A program made the translations under genes and the position numbers. Below, piece by piece: positions 60,286-64,000 of a stretch of DNA of 64,000 nucleotides; position 1 is the stretch's first letter, and every line of letters begins with the position of its first letter. The notes below the pieces were generated by a model, which was given only the letters and a program-made list of their open reading frames with translations, ran no database searches and was not told the DNA's origin. The stretch is taken from the NCBI GenBank assembly GCA_019658995.1, contig JAIFWN010000001.1:20852-84851 (forward strand), given 5' to 3'. The DNA comes from Candidatus Parcubacteria bacterium. GTDB lineage: Bacteria > Patescibacteriota > Minisyncoccia > Phycocordibacterales > Zambryskibacteraceae.

Positions 60286-62432
60286 TTCTTTCTTGCGAAA
60301 CCGCGCTGTTTCTTGGGCTCTTTCAAAATTTCTAAAGCTCTATCAAGGTTTATGGTATAGACATCATCGGTTTTGAGAGAGCGAAAGTCTTTCTGATGGA
60401 CTATGTAAGGTCCGAAGCGGCCGACGTTCGCTGTGATCTCTTCTCCGGTTTCCGGATGTTTCCCGAGTTTTCTCGGCAAAGATAAATATACTAGAGCATC
60501 TTGTAGACTGACTTCCTCCAGATTTTTATTTTTCGGTACGCTCGATTTACGCGCTTTGATTTTCTTCTTCTTGTCATCCTCGCCGACCTGCACATAAGGT
60601 CCGAAGCGGCCAGTTTTGAGGAATACATTTAGTCCGGACTCGGGATCTACGCCTATCGGGACATCGGCCTTAATCTCTTCGCCCTTTATAGTGAGAGCTC
60701 CCGTGCAGTCAGGGAAGCGCGAGCAGGAGAGGAAGCGTCCGCCCCGCCCTAATTTGATGATCATATCCGAGCCGCAGACAGGGCACTTGAACTCTTTGGG
60801 AGCGGCACCTAGGTCGGTGGCTTTGGCCATCTTCTCCTTGCTCTTCACATCGGCATGGAATGGGCCGTAGAAGTCAGTCAGAGTCTTAACATACGTGCGT
60901 TTGCCGAGGGCTATCTCATCAAGCTCATCCTCCATCTCAGCGGTGAAGTCGTCGCTGATATATTTGTCGAAGTTCTCCTCAAGGAAACCGGAGACTACCT
61001 CGCCGACGTCTGTCGGCACCAAGGCCTTTTGCTGCTTCTCCACATAACCTCGGTCAACGACAGTTTTGATGATCGAGGCGTAAGTGGAAGGTCGTCCGAT
61101 GCCGCGCTTCTCGAGCTCTTTAATCAGTCCGGCTTCGGAGTATCGCGGCGGTGGTTCAGTCTGCTTCTCCTCAGCTAAGATATTTTCCAGATCGAGCTTT
61201 TCTCCAATTTTAAACGATGGGAGTATCACATCCTCACCCTGGGCTGCCGGATCGGCCTTAGTCCAGCCATCGAAGAGGATGCGCGAGCCATTCAGTGCAA
61301 AGTCTGGGATTTTATTGTCTTCAATATTGGCCGTAACCTTGGTACGCATAATGAGCGCGTCCTTCATTTGCGTAGCGAGCGTTCGGCTCCAGATCAGTTT
61401 GTAGAGCTTCTTCTGTTCGTCTGTCGCTCCGGCAGTGACAATGTTCATATGCGTCGGGCGGATGGCTTCGTGCGCCTCCTGGGCGTTCTTCGACTTCTTC
61501 ACAAAGGCGTGCGACTCGTAGTAGCTTGCTCCGAACTTCTCCTTCACCGTTCTCTCGATATCCGCGCGGGCTTGAGCCCCGAGATTGAAAGAGTCTGTAC
61601 GCATATAAGTAATGTGCCCGGCTTCGTAGAGGCGCTGGGCTACCATCATAGTGCGGGAAGGGGCAAAGCCCAGGCGCGAGCTTGCTGCCTGCTGAAGAGT
61701 CGAGGTGATGAAAGGGGGTTTGGGTGCGCGCTTAACCTCCGTCTCTTTGATATCCGTCACCTTCCAGCTGCCGGTCTTGCCCAACTCTAAAATTCTGTCC
61801 ACCTCTTTCCTGTCTCTCGGTTCTACTGAGCAGTCGAAGGCGAGCTTATTTAAAATAGCTATGATTTTCCAGAAGGTCTCCGGCTTGAAAGCGCGTATCT
61901 CCCGCTCGCGCTCTACTAGTATGCGAAGCGCTGGCGATTGCACACGGCCGGCCGAGAGGCCATAGCGCACTTTCTTCCATATCAGTCCCGAAAGATCGTA
62001 GCCGACGAGACGGTCCAAGACTCTGCGAGCCTCCTGAGCCTCCTTGAGATTTTCATCGATCTCCCTAGGGTTATTGATAGCTTCTTCTACAGCTTCTTTG
62101 GTAATTTCATGAAAGACGCTTCTTTTCGGTTTCTTCAAGCCTATGGCCTCGGATATGTGCCAGGCAATGGCCTCGCCCTCGCGGTCGGGGTCGGTGGCGA
62201 GGATCACTTCGTCAGCTTTTTTAGCGAGATTCTTAATATCGGCAATGATATGTTCCTTGCCCTTAACTACTTCGTAGTGCGGTATGAAGCCGCCCGGCAC
62301 ATCGATGGCCTTTTTATTGCTCTTCGGGAGATCGCGAACGTGGCCGACAGAGGCGACCACGCGGAAATCCTTACCGAGATATTTTTCTATAGTCTTCGCC
62401 TTCGACGGAGACTCAACTATTACCAAACGCAT
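60279..62432 (-). CDS. topA: DNA topoisomerase I.
   Basis: The Toprim N-terminus MRLVIVESPSKAKTIEKYLG is present. The catalytic Tyr region YMRTDS is present. C-terminal Zn ribbons (CPVCGSDM...CSRFPDC) follow. Confidence 0.95.
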   Translation of the reverse strand: MRLVIVESPSKAKTIEKYLGKDFRVVASVGHVRDLPKSNKKAIDVPGGFIPHYEVVKGKEHIIADIKNLAKKADEVILATDPDREGEAIAWHISEAIGLKKPKRSVFHEITKEAVEEAINNPREIDENLKEAQEARRVLDRLVGYDLSGLIWKKVRYGLSAGRVQSPALRILVEREREIRAFKPETFWKIIAILNKLAFDCSVEPRDRKEVDRILELGKTGSWKVTDIKETEVKRAPKPPFITSTLQQAASSRLGFAPSRTMMVAQRLYEAGHITYMRTDSFNLGAQARADIERTVKEKFGASYYESHAFVKKSKNAQEAHEAIRPTHMNIVTAGATDEQKKLYKLIWSRTLATQMKDALIMRTKVTANIEDNKIPDFALNGSRILFDGWTKADPAAQGEDVILPSFKIGEKLDLENILAEEKQTEPPPRYSEAGLIKELEKRGIGRPSTYASIIKTVVDRGYVEKQQKALVPTDVGEVVSGFLEENFDKYISDDFTAEMEDELDEIALGKRTYVKTLTDFYGPFHADVKSKEKMAKATDLGAAPKEFKCPVCGSDMIIKLGRGGRFLSCSRFPDCTGALTIKGEEIKADVPIGVDPESGLNVFLKTGRFGPYVQVGEDDKKKKIKARKSSVPKNKNLEEVSLQDALVYLSLPRKLGKHPETGEEITANVGRFGPYIVHQKDFRSLKTDDVYTINLDRALEILKEPKKQRGFARKKK

Positions 62433-62471
62433 TTCTCAATTAATACTACGGATGTGATTTATTAGCAAATT

Positions 62472-63344
62472 TCAGAAGGTTTTTCTCACTTCGCCGAGTT
62501 GTTCCACGATAAGCCCTTTGATTTCGAGGAGAGAGAGTACGGCGTTAGCTTTGGAGATGTCCAGTTTGGATTTACGGACCAGTTCATCGCGTTCGTGGGG
62601 CTCGCCCAAAATTTTTATAAAAACTTTTTCTTCGTCTGTCAGATCCTCGGTATTAAATAGCGTGTCATGGCCTTCGCTCTTTAAGCTTAAAAGCTCCAAT
62701 ATATCCGCTGAGTCGCGTATGAGAGCGGCGCCGAGACGTATGAGCATGTGCGGACCCTCGGAAGTCGAAGAGGTGATAGGTCCGGGCACCGCACCAACCT
62801 CTCTATTATATTCGGTGGCCAGGCGGGAAGTGATGAGAGTGCCGGATCTCTTCTCCGCTTCGATAACTATAGTGGCGTGGCACATACCGGCCATAATCCT
62901 GTTTCTTTTGGGGAAGGTCCAGATGCCGGCAGGCATTTCGTCATCGTACTCCGATATTAGGCCGCCGCCCGCATCAACGATTTCCTGGGCCAGCCTTACA
63001 TGCGAACGCGGGTGGAGTACTTTGGTCGAGAGGCCGGAGCCGGGCAGGGCGACAGTTTGAAGACCTGCTTCTATAGCTGCACGGTGCGCCAGAGAGTCTA
63101 TACCGAGAGCCAAGCCGCTGACGATGGTTATCGGGTAGCCAGCCAAGCCGAGTATGAGCGAATGGCATACCTCGCTGCTGTAAGAAGTGTATTTGCGTGA
63201 GCCGACTACGGCCAAGAGTTTATTGCCCTCTGTCGGAGGCGAACCCCAGAGGCGGAGCTTTTTCGGCGGGTCGTTGATCTCCCGCAGTAATGCCGGCCAC
63301 TCGTCTTGTGGGAGCTCTCTTATCATGTGGTAATATTCTATCAA
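62472..63344 (-). CDS. dprA: DNA processing protein DprA (Smf).
   Basis: LLAVVGSRKYTSYS...VSGLALGIDSLAHRAAIEAGLQTVALPGSGL...GGGLISEY...FPKRNRIMAG..IEAEKRSGTLITSRLATEYNREVGAVPG is present. The start is TTG at 63344 or ATG at 63326. Confidence 0.85.
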   Translation of the reverse strand: MIEYYHMIRELPQDEWPALLREINDPPKKLRLWGSPPTEGNKLLAVVGSRKYTSYSSEVCHSLILGLAGYPITIVSGLALGIDSLAHRAAIEAGLQTVALPGSGLSTKVLHPRSHVRLAQEIVDAGGGLISEYDDEMPAGIWTFPKRNRIMAGMCHATIVIEAEKRSGTLITSRLATEYNREVGAVPGPITSSTSEGPHMLIRLGAALIRDSADILELLSLKSEGHDTLFNTEDLTDEEKVFIKILGEPHERDELVRKSKLDISKANAVLSLLEIKGLIVEQLGEVRKTF

Positions 63345-64000
63345 TGCTCGACATCAAATTCATCCGCGAGAACAAGGAACTGGTGGAGATGGCCTCCAAG
63401 AAGAAGCGCCTGGACTTCGATGTAAATAAGCTGATAGAGGCGGATGACAAGCGCAAGACACTCCTAACAAAGGTGGAGGAGAAGCGCGCTGAGCAAAACC
63501 AGGCCAGTCAGGAGATTGTCAGAGCCTCCGGTCCAGAGAGGGCCGATATCCTAGAGAAGATGAAATTTGTGAAGGAAGAACTTTCTAAAAGCGAGGAGGA
63601 GTTAAAGATAGTTATGAAGGACTGGCAGATGCTGATGCTCCAGGTGCCCAACATTCCTGATATTTCCGTACCCGAGGGTGCGAGCGATGCAGACAATAAG
63701 GAAGTGAAGAGGTGGGGCACTATCCCGAAGTTCGACTTCGAACCCAAGAGCCACATCGAGATTATGCAGAACCTCGATATGGCCGACTTCGAGCGCGGCA
63801 CCAAGGTCGCGGGCTTCCGCGGTTACTTCCTCAAGAACGACGGGGCATTGCTCTCCTTTGCCATCTGGCAGTATGCATACAATTTCTTTCTCTCAAGAGG
63901 TTTTACTTCGATGATAGTACCGTCGCTTGTGCGCAAGGAATCTCTTATGGGCACCGGTTTCCTGCCGCAGGGAGAGGAAGATCTGTATAAAACGCAGGAT
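63344..64000 (+). CDS. serS: Seryl-tRNA synthetase, N-terminal part; the 3' end lies beyond the window.
   Basis: MLDIKFIRENKELV is followed by the coiled-coil arm and GFRGYFLKNDGALLSFAIWQYAYNF. There is no stop in the window. Confidence 0.8.
   Translation, partial: MLDIKFIRENKELVEMASKKKRLDFDVNKLIEADDKRKTLLTKVEEKRAEQNQASQEIVRASGPERADILEKMKFVKEELSKSEEELKIVMKDWQMLMLQVPNIPDISVPEGASDADNKEVKRWGTIPKFDFEPKSHIEIMQNLDMADFERGTKVAGFRGYFLKNDGALLSFAIWQYAYNFFLSRGFTSMIVPSLVRKESLMGTGFLPQGEEDLYKTQD

Overview
This window reads as a compact bacterial chromosome segment with reduced-genome, CPR/Patescibacteria-like features: N-terminally short infB, valS without the C-terminal coiled-coil, four-S1-domain rpsA, frequent TTG/GTG starts and stop/start overlaps. 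Stop codons are standard (tRNA-Trp is CCA; TGA and TAG both terminate genes). About GC 50%. Housekeeping genes recognised from their translations: lepA, murJ, valS, tsaD, trxB, ftsZ, ftsA, ybeY, rpsU, a hisS-like gene, lepB, pth, rpsA, gyrA, rbfA, infB, clpB, rpmG (57 aa, absent from the ORF track), miaA, parB, topA, dprA, and the serS 5' end. I also hand-folded 14 tRNA genes and found an RNase P RNA (rnpB). Three things stand out. (1) At 1-8262 are two paralogous giant surface proteins with GxVGIGTTxP tail-fibre-like repeats and C-terminal peptidase-S74 intramolecular-chaperone domains; they flank a dedicated short signal peptidase I, and the 1958-aa copy carries an N-terminal excisionase-type HTH plus a TM anchor. 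(2) At 41453-43603 are six tandem paralogous small two-helix proteins resembling TrbC/VirB2 T4SS pilins; a 15-bp perfect inverted repeat precedes them and occludes the first start codon. (3) Several GC-richer, tRNA-adjacent islets (23424-24374, 33900-35570, 38940-39392, 43600-47781, 57170-60234) carry secreted or membrane proteins of unknown function; these include an orphan ParB, an OMP-like protein, and a tandem paralog pair, each with its own near-consensus promoter and terminator. A promoter- and terminator-bounded candidate sRNA lies at 33897-34160 (minus). No CRISPR array, rRNA, integrase or transposase is visible.
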